Shown: in pieces, positions 1 through 16,267 of the stretch
Layout: each line of letters starts with the position of its first letter
How positions within the stretch are numbered: the stretch's first letter is position 1
Made by a program: the position numbers and the translations under genes
Source of the DNA: Paragordius varius
Taxonomy: Eukaryota > Animalia > Nematomorpha
Length of the DNA stretch: 64,000 nt
Direction of reading: 5' to 3'
NCBI GenBank assembly: GCA_964247055.1
Contig: OZ176055.1
Coordinates: forward strand, 4,030,001-4,094,000
Notes under the pieces: generated by a model
Databases searched by the model: none
Seen by the model: the letters and a program-made list of their open reading frames with translations, nothing else
What the model was told of the DNA's origin: nothing

Positions 1-258
1 CCTATTAATATTCTCTTTAAATATATAGATTGTATTCTTGGATAAGTATTGTAGCACTATTTTATTTTATTTTTTACTATGACACATAAAATAACCCTTG
101 ATTTATATTGTTTTATACATAAATTTTGCTTAAAATTTTTTAGTGCGAAATATAATTTCCATTTTTACCTATAGCCCAGGTTTTTTTTTAAACATCTATC
201 AATTTGTCATAATTAGCTTCAATTTTATTATTTTTATTTGTTTGTTTAAAGCTGTCAA

Positions 259-1090
259 ATGAATATTGATGTGTATAGTAATAACCGGTCAGGCCTGGCC
301 AGCCGCGGTTTGGGTGTTGTGGCCAATAATACAAAGAGAATGCAAAGGAATACGGGATGCCTGTATCTTGCTAGTTTAAATGTTGGTTCATTGAAAAGTA
401 AGTTAAATGATATTGTGAGAATAATGAAAGTTAAACATATTGATATTTTGGCATTACAAGAGACTCGTTACCGCGGAAACGGAGCAAGGACTTTGGAAGA
501 GAATTTTCGACTATATTACTCAGGTGAAAGTGGCGGACGAAATGGAGTGGCAATTATCATTAATCCCAAATTGTCCAATCAGGTTAAAGAAGTAAGACGC
601 TATAACAGCCGAATCATGAATTTAGATATTTTGGTAGGTAACGAGGTCATAACAGTATTTATTATATATGCCCCGTAAATAGGTTTACCAAAACAAGAAA
701 AGGAGCAATTACGAGACTCTAGATAAAAAAATAGTCGCTCTCCCTCAGCTCAGAGTCAAGTTTTTATGTGGGGATTTTAATGGTCATCTTGGTTCAAAAA
801 GGGAATCTTTTGAAATATGACACGGGGGACATTCTTATGGAGAAAGAAACGAGGAAGGAATTAATTTGCTCAGATTTGCACAATCTCACAATTTGGCGAT
901 AGCGAACACGTTTTTCGAAAAAAGAGAGAATCATCTAGTAACGTCATCTAGTAACTTTTAAGAGCGGCATAAACAAATCTCAAATAGATTTTATACTTGT
1001 TCCAAGAGACTTATTGAAGCTTGTAATAGATTGTAAGGTCGTGCCAAACTTAGAGGTTAGTTCGCAACATAATTTACTTATTTGTAAATT
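259..1090 (+). pseudogene. APE-type endonuclease domain of the RTE element, disrupted
   Basis: Premature TAA at 676-678 (YAP*, where YAPQ is typical), later frameshifts, and a local duplication tcatctagtaac at ~930-955. Confidence 0.85.
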
Positions 1091-1600
1091 TTTCGTGAAA
1101 GAAAAGTCTAAACAAAGTGGTTTTTATTCAAAGAGATTAAAATGTATTAAGTGGGAGAAATTATCCGAAAAAAGGCAGGCTTTTATAAAAGAAATACGGT
1201 TATCCGAGGATGGTGGGTTAAATGGTGATTGGGATAAAGTAAGTCAGTTAATCAAAAAGGCAGGAACTCTAGTTTGTGGATTAAAAAGCGGAAAATCTCA
1301 AGTATACAGAGAGGCTTGGCTTTACGATGAAAGAATAATATTGATGTCACGAGAAAAAGGTAAGGCTTTTGACAAATGGAGACATACAAGGAATGATGAT
1401 GATAGAGATAAGTATAAAAGTTTAAACAAGGAATTGAAAAAATTAGTCGGCCAGGTTAAGAAAGAAAAAATGAATTTATTTTATGATGAGTTAAATAGTA
1501 AGAAAGGTTTAAACAAAGTGTATAAAGTTGCGCACCAAAGGAATAAACGCAGGATGGATTTGCCAGGTTATGCGACTGCAAAAAAGGAAAAGATGGAAGC

Positions 1601-3189
1601 TTGCTGTGCGAAAATGTAGAAATATTAAAAAGATGTAAAGAGTACTTTGTGAGTTTAGATGAAGGGGTGGGCGAGATATTCTTGCCAAATACAGTTGAAG
1701 CTACTGATAGACCAATAGAAGCAATTACACAAAAGGAAGTAGAATCTAATTTGTTAGAAATGCCAAACAACAAAGCTGTAGGATCGGACGACATAAATAT
1801 AAATTGTTGGAAAGTGCTTGGAAACTCTGGATTAAATTTTTTGGAGCGTGTATTTAATAAAGTTGTTTCAACGTATGAAATCCCGGTTGAATGGAAGGAA
1901 AGTTTAACTGTGCCTTTATTTAAAGGAAAAGATGATATAAATGAATGTAGTAACTATAGAGGGATAAAACTTATGTCGCACACTATGAAATTGTTTGAAA
2001 AAATAATTGAAAAGCGAATCAGGAAAATGATATCTATAGAAGGAAATCAATTTGGTTTCATGCCAGGAAAGTCAACAGTAGATCCTATACATGCGGTTAG
2101 GAGGTTGATTGAAAAACACATTGAAAAAAAGAAAGAATTACACGGGTTTTTGATTGATATAGAGAAGGCGTTTGACAGGATTCCTAGAGAAACTATTTGG
2201 TGGAGTCTCCGTCGTAAAGTGCCAGAAAGTTATATTAAGTTGTTACAAATAATGTACGAATCACACACCTCCAGGATTAAAACTCCACAAGGTTTATCAG
2301 AGCCTTTTCAATAAAGCATGGAGTCTACCAAGGCTCATCACTCAGCCCCTTATTGTTTATAATTTGTATGGACGAGGTAGCCAAGGTTGTTAATGTGAGT
2401 TCAGGATGGTACTTAATGTATGCAGATGACATAATCATCTTGTCTGATTCATTAATTGAATCAAAGCGAACGGTAAACAGATGGGTTGTTATGCTGGATC
2501 AATATGGTCTGAAAGTAAACAAAGCAAAAACCGAACTTATTACTTTTGGGGGTCCACAACATGAAATGGTAGTTGATGATAGTTGGGTTCTGAAGGGTAA
2601 AGAAAGTTGCAAATATCTGGTAGCTATGTCAAGTGCAGATGGTTCGTTGACTGACGATATTAATTTAAGAATAAAGAGCAGCTGGGTAAATTGGAAGAAA
2701 ATTTCGAGCGTATTATGCGATCGAAATATTGATGTTAGAGTGAAAGGTAAGATTTACAGTTCAGTTGTCCAGCCCTCAATGATGTATAATTCACAGACAT
2801 GGGGTGTCAAAAAATCCGAAGAAAGACATTTTAACGTGACTGAAATGAAAATGCTCAGAATGATGTGTGGGGTAACTAGAAAGGACAGAATCGAGAATAG
2901 ATTTATTCGTGGGAGCACAGATATTAAACCAATAGTGGAAAGAATGTCAAAAAATAGGCTACGTTGGTTCGGGCACATTGAAAGGAGAGATTCTAATTAT
3001 ATTGCAAAAATAATAGATGGTTATATAGTTGAGGGAAAACGAGGACGTGGGCGACCTAAAACAAAATGGATAGATACAGTAAAAAGAGAGGTAGCAGAAT
3101 ACGAGCTTAATGCAGAGGACGCCATAGATAGAGTTCTATGGCGAGACAGGTTGTATAACATGACCGCTCTCACGAGTGAAAACATGTAA
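1601..3189 (+). pseudogene. Reverse transcriptase domain of the RTE element, frameshifted
   Basis: RT motifs through DIEKAFD in 1601-2314; a frameshift near 2310 moves QGSSLSPLLF and YADD into the frame of ORF 2353-3189. Confidence 0.9.
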
Positions 3190-4399
3190 TGTAATAATAA
3201 TATTTTTTGTAGCATAAAACGTGAATTATTACGGTTAGAATATCATTAATTTATTGAAATATTCAATAAATTATAACAGTAAATTATCCATAATTAATAT
3301 TAAATCAGCGGATATGTTTAATTTAAAGTTAAACCTCATCTGATTTTTATCAGTACACTGGATATTGTGATGTGCCACATAATAGGCTTGTGTACAAAAA
3401 CTAAGTGCTTTAGATAAATCTGATTATTAAGGTAAATTTTTTACATCTTTTAACCCACATATACAAATTTAAACGTTTTATGAATTTTTTGATTCTACTT
3501 TAAAAAATCCCATTTTAGACGCTTTATTTCCTAAATATCAAAATTTATTGAAACAAAAACTCAAAAATTATTTAGTATTAATATTTATTTGCAAAGTTAT
3601 AGCCATTATGATTCATAAATTTTATAACAAAAATATTAAATTGCCAAGTGCTTAAAATCAGTTTTTTGAGTTTAATTATTTATATGCAACCTGAGCCCCA
3701 ATTGGTTTAATAAAAGTCAGGAGTTACTCTATTCAAAAATACGAAAATTTATAGAACTACATTTTTTTACCCTGAAGCATTATAAAGATAAATCTCATAG
3801 ATAATCTGATTGTGACGGCTGCTTTAGTCAATCTATTAGGCTTAATATGGATTGAAAGAATTCGTAAATTACGTTGAACTCCAACACCTGTTTACTTTCA
3901 CTCACAAATCTTTTTAAAAATCTAAATTTAATTATAATAAATTGACACCACATATACATAATATAAAGGGGTGAGTCATATGTCCTCCTTCAAATATTTT
4001 GTGCAGCACATGAAATATCTGGAAAATTAATAAATAAATATGAAATTATTATATATGGAATAATTCAGCAAAAATTATATAAATTTATTATAATATTTTG
4101 ATTACTACAAGTAATCTTTGTCAAACGTAAAAATAAAATTAAAATATAAACTAAAATTTAAATTATAAAGTATAAATACACTGCTATTTAATCTTTAGTA
4201 ATGTATTCCTTTAAACAATTTCTGAATGAATATATTATTCAAATTTTGGCAAAGAATTAGCAAAAATGGTTGTTTCAATGTTTATGCTTGTTAATCATAT
4301 AAATATTTATTCCATGCCCTATAGACTCACCAAATTTTTTGGCCAAAATGCGGCCCTCGAAGCCATTTGTGTGGTTCACCTCTGTTTTAAATATAACCA

Positions 4400-5250
4400 A
4401 ATGTTTTTTAATATTTATTTTTGTTTTTGAACATATATATAAAAGAAGTATGCAATTATATGAGAATCAACGAAAGATTGTTTTAGGCCTTGATACGCTT
4501 CTAATAAATAAATTTGTGTTGCATAAAAAATCCATACGTTTCGGATTCCGATTAATGTTGAAGGCCTGTTTAAAATTGGGTTCCGACGTTATTACCATCT
4601 ATGTAAGGTAAAAACTTTATTTCTAGTTGTGTGATGCTTGAATATCTAAAGTTTTATTGTTTTTAAACATAAGTTTCAGTTTACAATAGGGAGATTGCTA
4701 AATGGTTTTAATCCCAATACATTAAATTTCGGACAGATTTCTTTTGATATTCAATGGCGTAACAATTTTTAACCAAATCTAATTGAGCGATGACCTTTAT
4801 TAACTACTTATTCTTTTAATTTTTGTGAACACTGTGGCTATTTCTTTAAACTTTCTAATCGTTTTTTGTGGAAATGAATGATACAATAACGGGAGAAGAA
4901 TAATCAATACATTTGTTAAGGAGAGAATGGATATAGGTTTACTTTAAACTGTCTGGGTGATTCATGTTCGTTATCTTTAACACATTTTCTAACTCAACCA
5001 AATGTTTTCATAAATATGGTTTCATTTACTCTTATTGTAAATAATTTGTGAGTTTTTGTTGTCCGTATTTATGGCTATTGATTAGTATATTTAGTTCCCA
5101 ATATCGATTTGTTAATGTTATTTGAGAAGTTAATAGCCAGCTGATTCATTAGTTATTGGGCCTTTTTAGTGAGTTTATAAGATGGATATTTGTTTTGCAT
5201 GCATTTAATTTCAAGTTTAAAATATAAGTTATAAAATTATAATATTGAGA
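4400..5250 (-). mobile_element. Highly degraded hAT transposase remnant (tentative)
   Basis: Minus-strand fragments resemble the hAT CxxH motif (SRYCIIHF, ~4880) and the RW motif region (RW**RRNPILNR, ~4600); many stops. Confidence 0.3.
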
Positions 5251-5498
5251 TGTTGTATGATTTCAAATTATTATTTTAACTTAAAAATTCGTTCTCGTTG
5301 ACAATATTAATATTTCAATTGTTGATTATGGGTGGAATCTAAAAGTAAAAAAATATTAAATACTTTCAATGATATTTTAAAATAAATATAACGCTATATT
5401 TCAAAAATATATGTTTAAAATAAATTTAACTAGGCACTATTAAATTTTATCATAAGACCCTTATTAAAGCTAAGCGTATTGTAGGTAATTATATTACA

Positions 5499-6659
5499 TT
5501 AAAAATGGGAGGAAAATATAGGAGCCAAGCAATTGGAACCCATTATGTCTGGCAGATTATGACTGTTTTCCTGGCCGGGCAATGGACAGATAGGTACGGG
5601 CTCTGTGAAAATTCTACCTCTTCTCCTTCTAATATACGGGAGATCATCGCTTGAATCAGAATTGCCAAAGTAGGAACACTTACATCTGCAATAAATGGTT
5701 TGAAATAATATTATATTGTAAAATAAGTTTATGAGTGTAAAAGATAGGTCTTACTTTGAACACAAGATATTTAGCTTTTTCATTCTTGGCATTGGCGATG
5801 ATTTTCGGGAATCTGCTGACCGAGTTCGCCATACGCACGAACGATAGGACGCCCGTTTCCCGCTAATAACTCTATGGGTGTAATAAGCTGGGAATCGATC
5901 GGCAATCGATTGTCTGACCTCGCTTCTACTGTGGAGACAATTGGTGTCGCTTCTGGTTTCAACATTTTCCAGCATTTCTTGTTTAGCCAATATAGCTGCT
6001 TCTTGCACGATTTTTACTGCAGTGTCTTCAATATCCTCATCATTTATACTAATGGGTTCATTTAGAATGTTCTGATCTTCTACTTTCTCAATTGTTATCT
6101 TTGAAATCGCTTTATTGTGACATACAATACTTAAGTTTATGTTTGCTGTTCTAATTTCCAAAGGTACATCATCAACCATTTCTATTGTCTTGGTGCGTTT
6201 AACGTTTTTCTTTGCTTTGGTTACACGTTTATTGGCAACTTTCTTTACTTTCTTATTCTTTTTAACCATTCCATATTTTGAGCAATAAACTTTAGGAGCT
6301 TTGTTATTACGAAAAGATTGTCGCGCTTCAGGTTTTTTAGATTTGTTTTTGCGAACAATTTTAGTTTTCTGTTTGGGAGTTTTTGCTTTTCTTTTTCTAC
6401 CTTTGGTGGTGGAAACTCTACTATTAGTTTTATTTTTTGACGTTTTTGGTTTTTGTGCACTTATGGGTTTATTCAAACCTTTTTTCTTAACATTTTTGTT
6501 TTGCGATCTCATTTTTCGGTTTTTATGCTCCTTTTTCTTGATAGAAGTTTGTTGGTTTTTTCGTTTAGCCAGTTTAGCCTTTACTTTGGGTGCTTTGGTT
6601 TGCGATAATTTTTGTTTTTTGGTATTAGTTTTTAAAGCGACAGAATATTTGCGTTTCAT
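5499..6659 (-). CDS. Orphan 363-aa protein: very basic K/R-rich N-terminal half, acidic middle, R/S/Cys-containing C-terminus
   Basis: Exons 6659-5755 and 5685-5499; the 69-nt GT-AG intron (5754-5686, phase 2) joins ...LNILCSK to CKCSYFGNSDSSDDLPYIRRRRGRIF...SSHF*. Hand count: 64 K+R and only 2 acidic residues in the first 157 aa. No recognisable globular H1 domain. Confidence 0.7.
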
Positions 6660-8149
6660 TTTTTAATTTTATTTAGCAAGTAATTGTGTAAGTAATGTTA
6701 GACAATCAATTTTAAAATGATTGTTAAACATATATAGTATATAAGATTCTATATGATAATATTTAAATTTAATATATGTTGTAACATCAATAAAACATTG
6801 GGAATATAACAAAATTATTATTAATTGAAAAAAAATAAATTTGACAACAGATAATTAAATAATTAAAACTAAAAAAATTATACATATTTGTCTTAAGTAA
6901 CCAAATTAATTTTAAAGGCTCCGCAAAAAATTTGTAATGTTCTCATCAAAGATATACACATAATTCATAAATAAACGGTCCGACCGAACTATACTTAAAG
7001 CCAAATTTAAAATATACATATATACCTAAGGAAGTTTTTCCAGTCATGTATTATTAGATGAAGCATATTTTAACATTTTGCACAAAAAAAACTGACGAAA
7101 CATATATTTTCTGATGGAAAAATGTATCAGGATTATCATGGTGCCTTTAATTTTGGCCCCGAATGATTTAAGTAAGTTTACACTCTTTTGCTAAGTGCTC
7201 CGTATGAAAAAATGGTAAAATTTGCGGACATTTTTTTAAATAAAATTTTTCGGTTAAAGCTAAATGCTCAAAAAATATCACAAAATATATCATAAACTAC
7301 CTATCAAAACCAAAGCAATATTTTTGAAAAATTTTATTTTTAAGATGTGGACTTCTCCCAAATGTTTTTGCTCCTTTGGGCTAGTTGTTTTAATAAACGC
7401 AAAAATGCCATATTCGCACCATAAAAATCAATATCTGCTAAATCTTGGTATCAAATAAAAAAATGCATACTTTTTATAAAATTTAACTTTTAGCAAAATT
7501 TTGTTGAAGCGTACTACCTACTATTTTAAGGCATGAGGAAACGGTTTGAAAACTTAGTTATTATTATTATTTTATATATGCTGTTAAGTTTAAACACGAA
7601 TATAAAATAATGATAGTTATTTGTTGAAATAATCTGCGATATATTTATACAATTTTTTATAATAAATTTCCGATTATCATATTTATAAAATTCATATAAA
7701 TTACATTTGTAATGCGATCTCTAAAATATTTGGGATGATGATGGAACTACCAAAGGGTTACACAAAAAATTATGGTGACATCAGCTGATCAAATTTGGAT
7801 TTTAGGTAGCCATTTTTGTTATAAAATCATATAAAATAATTCTCCCATCATCAATATTTATAAAATTACCAGCGGGCCCTTTCACACTTCGCTGTGACGT
7901 ATAGTCTCACTGTATTCATAATAATTTGCAATACATAGAGGATAAAAAACATATTATATAAAAAGAATGTGTTTAATTATTCTTTTTAAGAGTTATTGCA
8001 TAGGCTCAAATATTATTTAATCGAAATTGACCATACCTTAAAATAAATATTCAACTATCATTGGATTTATTTTAGGATTTTCGTTTTACGAAATCCTGTT
8101 TAAAAGTTTTATTTTGATATTGTGTTTACTGGGATCAAGGGGTGTAAAA

Positions 8150-9545
8150 AGTAATTTGTGGTTCCACATAAAGAAAAGAATGAAATGTGTTTAACTGAAC
8201 TCGTATGGCTTCTTAAGTTTTTCGAAAATTAGCTCCAAAACCACGCCATTTTTGCATTGCGTCTCAGTTTTAAACCGGTAGACCCCTTCCCATAGACCTA
8301 TATGGAAAAAACGCTAAGTTAAATTCTTTGCCTTTTTAAGGCAAATATTTGGAATCATCTTTTATACCATCGTCTCATGAGTTATTCGAAAAAATACCTT
8401 AACACTAAATAATCGTTATATGATGGCGTATTTTTAGGGCATAAAGGTCCCAAATTAACGACTAATTAAAAAACGGCTGTACTTATTTTTACCTGGTTAA
8501 ATATTTCAAGCTTTTAATCATATGGCTTCATAAATTTTCTGTAAATTAGGTCCAAAACAACGCAATATATGGTGGCCCAGTTTTTGGCGGTTAGCTCCTT
8601 ACCCAGGGTCAGGTATTAAAAATCGTTAATCAAAATTTTTGTCTTTATATGGGAATATCTGGAATTATCATAGATACCATATGTTCCTATTAGTCAGATC
8701 GGTTTTCTGAAATCTGGCTCCAAAGGCATACTGTATCGATATGATGACGCAATTTTACGCGGATAGCCCCCTAACCAGGGACGAAACAAAAAAACTTTTT
8801 GCCATTCGAATAATACCTGGAATCATGATTGACTCCATATGCTCTCATTAGTTTTCAGAAAAATTGCCTCAAAACTGAAAAATCATTCTATGGTGGCGCA
8901 TTTTTCAGGGCGCGAACCGCCTAATTGAGGGTTAATTTTAAAAAACCGCACGACCTAAATTTTTCCCATGTTACGAGTAACATTTTAAGCAGCTATTGAG
9001 CTCATGTGGCCTGATAGGTTTTCTGAAATTTAGCCACAAAGACACGCCATTTCGAGATGACGCGTCAGTTCTTAGCGGGTATCTCCTTCCCCGGCAGCCA
9101 ATAAAAAAACGCTCTATTTTTGCTTTTTACAGGCACTACTTGGATCCTTATTGAATTTTTACGGTCTCATACCTTGGGCGAAAAATAGATTCAAAAAATT
9201 ATTTTTGTGGACTTTGTTTTTTGAAAAAAATGGCATCTTACGGGGGTAGCGGGTAAAAAGAGGGCCTAAATCAAAAAAGTGACTCGACTATGTTCGGCAA
9301 AATCGAAAAAAAAAATTATTGAAATCAAATGGTCCAAGACGTTTTCCAGAAAATTGTCTCAAAGACACGATTTTTGTGGACTTCTGTTTTCAAAAAAACT
9401 GTTTTTTCCACGAGGTAGGCTCGATATAGGAGCCTAATTCAAAAAAGGGCGAAGCTATTGTTGGGGCATTCATTAATTATAATTTTTCGATACTTGGATT
9501 TGAATGGGTCTACCGGTTTTCCGGACACAGATCTTTAAGCCACCA
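8150..9545. repeat. Degenerate tandem array, ~160-bp monomers in alternating A/B (~320-bp) order
   Basis: Related motifs recur at ~8204, 8361, 8521, 8681, 8839, 9003, 9167, 9335 and 9508 (e.g. atggcttc..ttttctgaaatt..tccaaa; tggaatcat..ccatatg.tctcattag). The array is GC-richer than its flanks. Confidence 0.65.
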
Positions 9546-9827
9546 CTTTCCATTTTTATAAATATATAGATTATTATAAAATTTTATCGATTTTACTAAA
9601 TTTTAAGTATAGAGTATTAACAATAAATTCATTTTGAAGGTTAATTCTGTTTTCATAAAAGAAAACACGGTTTAAACCGCAGATACAAAAATTCGACAAT
9701 AATAAGCGAACGCATACATAGGATAATTAATTCATATGGTTCTTTATGATTCCCGAAAATTGCTGCGATGCCAATATCATATTAAAATATTTTTATGAAT
9801 TTTTTCTTCTTCTTTTCATTATATCGA

Positions 9828-12689
<2,862 letters not shown>

Positions 12690-14327
12690 AAAATGTATAT
12701 AAAGGTGTACTTTTAATTAAAAAAATTTAATAGAATACTGAGATTTATATTATTGTTCAATTTGAGCTTTAATCATCTCACCCCAACATATTCCTTGTTA
12801 ACTCTTTAGTTTTTTTGTGTATTTACCTTAAAATATCCATCGCACTCATGTAGGAATATATTGGATATTCTTACGAGTTAAAACTAAAAACATTTTTTTC
12901 TAACTCAAAATAAAATTTAGAATATCCTTTTTATTTAAATATTTTAAATATGAATTATGACCCTAGCTATTCAATTTAAATTCGGCTCTCATAGACCGGA
13001 ATTCTGAAATGTTCGTACATATTAACCTATATCTGCTTATTCATTTTCGTAATATTCAACAGTTGGAATCGAAAATAAAAAATATGTCATACTTTCCAAA
13101 CAAAAATAAAAAACCTGGAATTTTGGTAAGAGTTTTAAAAAAATCAAAGCTTCTTGAAGAATAAAGATTTTAAAGAACAGGGTTGTGTGGACTAGCAATA
13201 ATATATGATTATTACTTAATTATGATATAGCTATCTTATCGCCACTCTAAAAACAGTATTTTTAAAATAACCCAAATTATGTTATTAGACTAAAAGTTTT
13301 TAGGCAAAACAATTGGATTGCTGTTGTGTTGTAAAAAAATTTAAATATTGACTCATACTATTTGTAATTAAAATTTCATGACCTGTGGGTTAGTTTTATC
13401 CCCAGTGCCATCTTAAATATCCTAAAAAATATTTTTGGCATTGGATCAATTAAAAAAATATGCTGTTTTAGCATTTTAGAAAATTTTTGTTCAATGTATT
13501 GTAAAAAAAATTACCATATAAAACTTTTCACCGCCATATTTTCTTTATTATTTTTAATCAAATTTATATTAAAACTTTGGAAAGCTTTCAAATAAATATT
13601 TACCAGCTAATTTTGATTTTATTAATTTTAATAGCAGCTGTTAGCTTCTCTCATGTTTTGAAGCTATCCGATCTAGGGACTCAAGAAGTTAACAAACTAT
13701 AAAAATTATAAGTTTTTTTTGTTAATACAAGTTAGTTTGATAATTTTAACCAAAACAGATCAAAAAGTAGTTTCTTTAATTAGCTCTGCTGTCATCGGGT
13801 ACAAAAAATGAAATAAAGGTTTATTTTGACCTAGAATTCACGCACTACAATTTATACATTTTTTAAGGAATTACAAATATTTGGACTAACATTAAAATTT
13901 ATAAAAATCGAAAAAACATGTGTTATAAATTTTAAGTAATGATGTTTTAAAATTTAAGTATACCTTTAATTGGAATGTGAATAAATGAGATATTTGGAAA
14001 TGTTTTAGACAATATGTCAGTTAAACCCGGTATCCAAATTGCCGTAGCAATATGTTCGATTACATTTGTTTTTGTAGGCATGTGAAGTAGTAAATATACT
14101 GAAAAAAGTTATAGTTTCAAAATTTAAATTAATATAATATTTAAATTAAGTGTGGTTGACTTTGAGCCAAATTTGAGTATACTAAACCCTTGCCAAAAAC
14201 ATTTTAGCGAAGAATAATGATACACGTTATATCAAATTTATTAAATTTTAGCCGTCATTTTTATTTTACAATGATATATTCAAATTGTTTCATCATATGC
14301 CTTTTGGTTAATTATGCCACTAAAACC

Positions 14328-14330
<3 letters not shown>

Positions 14331-14361
<31 letters not shown>
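14331..14361. repeat. (TA)n microsatellite
   Basis: Direct reading. Confidence 0.95.
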
Positions 14362-14365
<4 letters not shown>

Positions 14366-15476
14366 ATATAATATAGAGACATATATATATATTTAATATA
14401 TATATCTACAGATAATTAATAGGAATAAAATATATTTTCAATATTCCGATGCACCAACATTTATAACTTATTCTTTGATATAAGTGAGTGTGAAAAATAA
14501 TAATAAAACAACTTTTTACGGTCATTTAGCAAATTTAAATGTTGTTCGCAGCCGTTTAAAGCTCTCTTTTATTTAATAATAGGTGTAAATGACACCCGAC
14601 AAGATATAGGCAGTATATACTTATCTCAATTAACACGGCGATTGTCCGTTAGGCCTTGTTAATCATAAATTTTTAATTTGCAAAAATCTATGGCAAATTT
14701 TGCGATTTACATAAAATATTAATTTCGTTAAAACTAATTAATAATAATTATTAAAATTGTTGTCTATAAACCGGAGCTTATCTTTTTCAATGATGAGAAA
14801 TAAATGACGATCATAATTTTTACATCAACGAAAAAAATTGGTATTAAAAAATTAATACCTGTTCCGGAAGCATCCATGAGGTGTTCAATTTTAATTATTT
14901 ATTATCATTGATAGGAATGACTTTTAAATTAAATTTACATAAATTTAGAGAATATCAAGCGACTTTTTAAAAAAGATATTCCAAGATTTATCTTTTAAAC
15001 AAAAAAAATATTATTTAAATAAGCTATGAAATATTATTATTATTGGGTTAAAACATTTTTTAGCAAAAATTATTAAATGCTTGTTAATTAAAATCTTTGC
15101 ATTCCACATATCTTTTAAAACACTAATCCACCTTTGTCATAACAACTAAGTCATAAATGGAAAATATAATTATTATCTAACTATCTTTTAATAAAAATAG
15201 TGATTGCCCTTCGAAATTTGTTTTTATGTTTCAAAAGTGTTAACAAAGGCGATTGTTCATGATGTGGATGATAATAAATATTCTACGATCGAATAAATAT
15301 GATGGGGGTTTATAAGATGTTAGATATCATTATTGGCTTTAATTTGTGTAGATAAGCAACTATCAGAATGAAATTTACATTTATGGCTCATTTAGCATAC
15401 TGTAAAAAAAAATTTAGAATCGGCCGTTGTTTTATGAGGTTTATTAATTTTAAAGGATATAAAATGGTTTACGTTT

Positions 15477-15862
15477 ATATACCATTTACAATTCAAATTC
15501 ACCCTTGAGCAATTCAAATTCACCCTCGAATAATTCATATTCACCTTTGAACAATTCAAATTCACCCTAAAAATAAATTGTGTTTTCGGGATAATATAAT
15601 TCATCATTAATATGAAATATATTTTTACGACATAGTTTATTATTTTTTCAGCATTATATTAGTTTTAAACAGAATTTTATATTTAAAAAATATTTAAAAT
15701 AAAGGTAATTTTTAATCTTTAAAAACGCATAATTTATTTTAGGGTGAATTTGAATTGTTTGAGGGAGAATTTGAAAATGGTAAATTTGAATTTTTTAAGG
15801 GTGAATTTGAAAATGGTAAATTTGAATTTTTCAAGGGTGAATTCGAACTGTAAAAGGTATAT
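15477..15862. mobile_element. Foldback-like MITE family B with ~20-bp tandem repeats in both arms
   Basis: TIR ATATACCATTTACA...TGTAAAAGGTATAT; the left arm repeats caattcaaattcaccctt and the right arm repeats its reverse complement. Confidence 0.85.
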
Positions 15863-16267
15863 TTAAAAATGTATTCGGATTTGGCGCTTTGTTCATTTTC
15901 AATAATAACAATTTCCGAAATGCAACACCTAGCAAATACTGATACACAATTAGTCCAAAATGCATATAATTTTTGTCTGAAAATTTTCAATATTTTTGAA
16001 TATAAATATAATATTAATTTGGATCCATAAAAATTTAAACTGACTGGATATAAGGTGGACATACTTTTGAAAATAATAGAAAATAAAAATTGTTTATTTC
16101 TAGGGCTTTGAAGCAGTCTAATCAAAACTCGGGTCTGGCTGGTTAAAACAGCTACCAGATTTTCATACCCAATTTATGTATCATAATTTCTGCAGCAATA
16201 ATGTTATAAAACATATTAGGTGTTGAATTATTGGAATTATTTCAAATATCACTACTACATTACTTTA

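Larger units (their letters stand above)
259..3200 (+). mobile_element. RTE-clade non-LTR retrotransposon, near full length, inactivated
   Basis: One ancestral ORF (APE endonuclease then reverse transcriptase) is now split into fragments 259-678, 1014-1619, 1601-2314 and 2353-3189. Motifs: LNVGSL, ALQETR, NGVAII, GDFNGHLG, YRGIKLMSHTMKLFEK, QFGF, DIEKAFD, QGSSLSPLLF, YADD, RLRWFGH, GRPKTKW. It ends in a short TAA-type tail (gtaatgtaataataa). No TSD was recognised. Confidence 0.93.

Noticed and set aside
284-330. GC-rich RTE 5' segment as an HDV-like ribozyme
   Set aside because: GGTCAGG/CCTGGCC is a loopless palindrome; I could not build the nested double pseudoknot, and the segment lies inside the ORF.
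5780-6666. Overlapping ORFs 5780-5965, 5874-6065, 6245-6460 and 6301-6666
   Set aside because: Shadow or antisense frames of the K-rich gene; the F/L-rich product is the expected mirror of AAA/AAG codons.
12740-12890. Extra 5' exons of the dehydrogenase with a 23-nt intron (12826-12804)
   Set aside because: No phase-consistent, stop-free join to the 12689 exon was found; left unresolved.
15392-16125. ORFs with repeated NLNCS or NSPLKNSNLPFS peptides (also 28835-29026)
   Set aside because: Translations of MITE tandem units, not genes.
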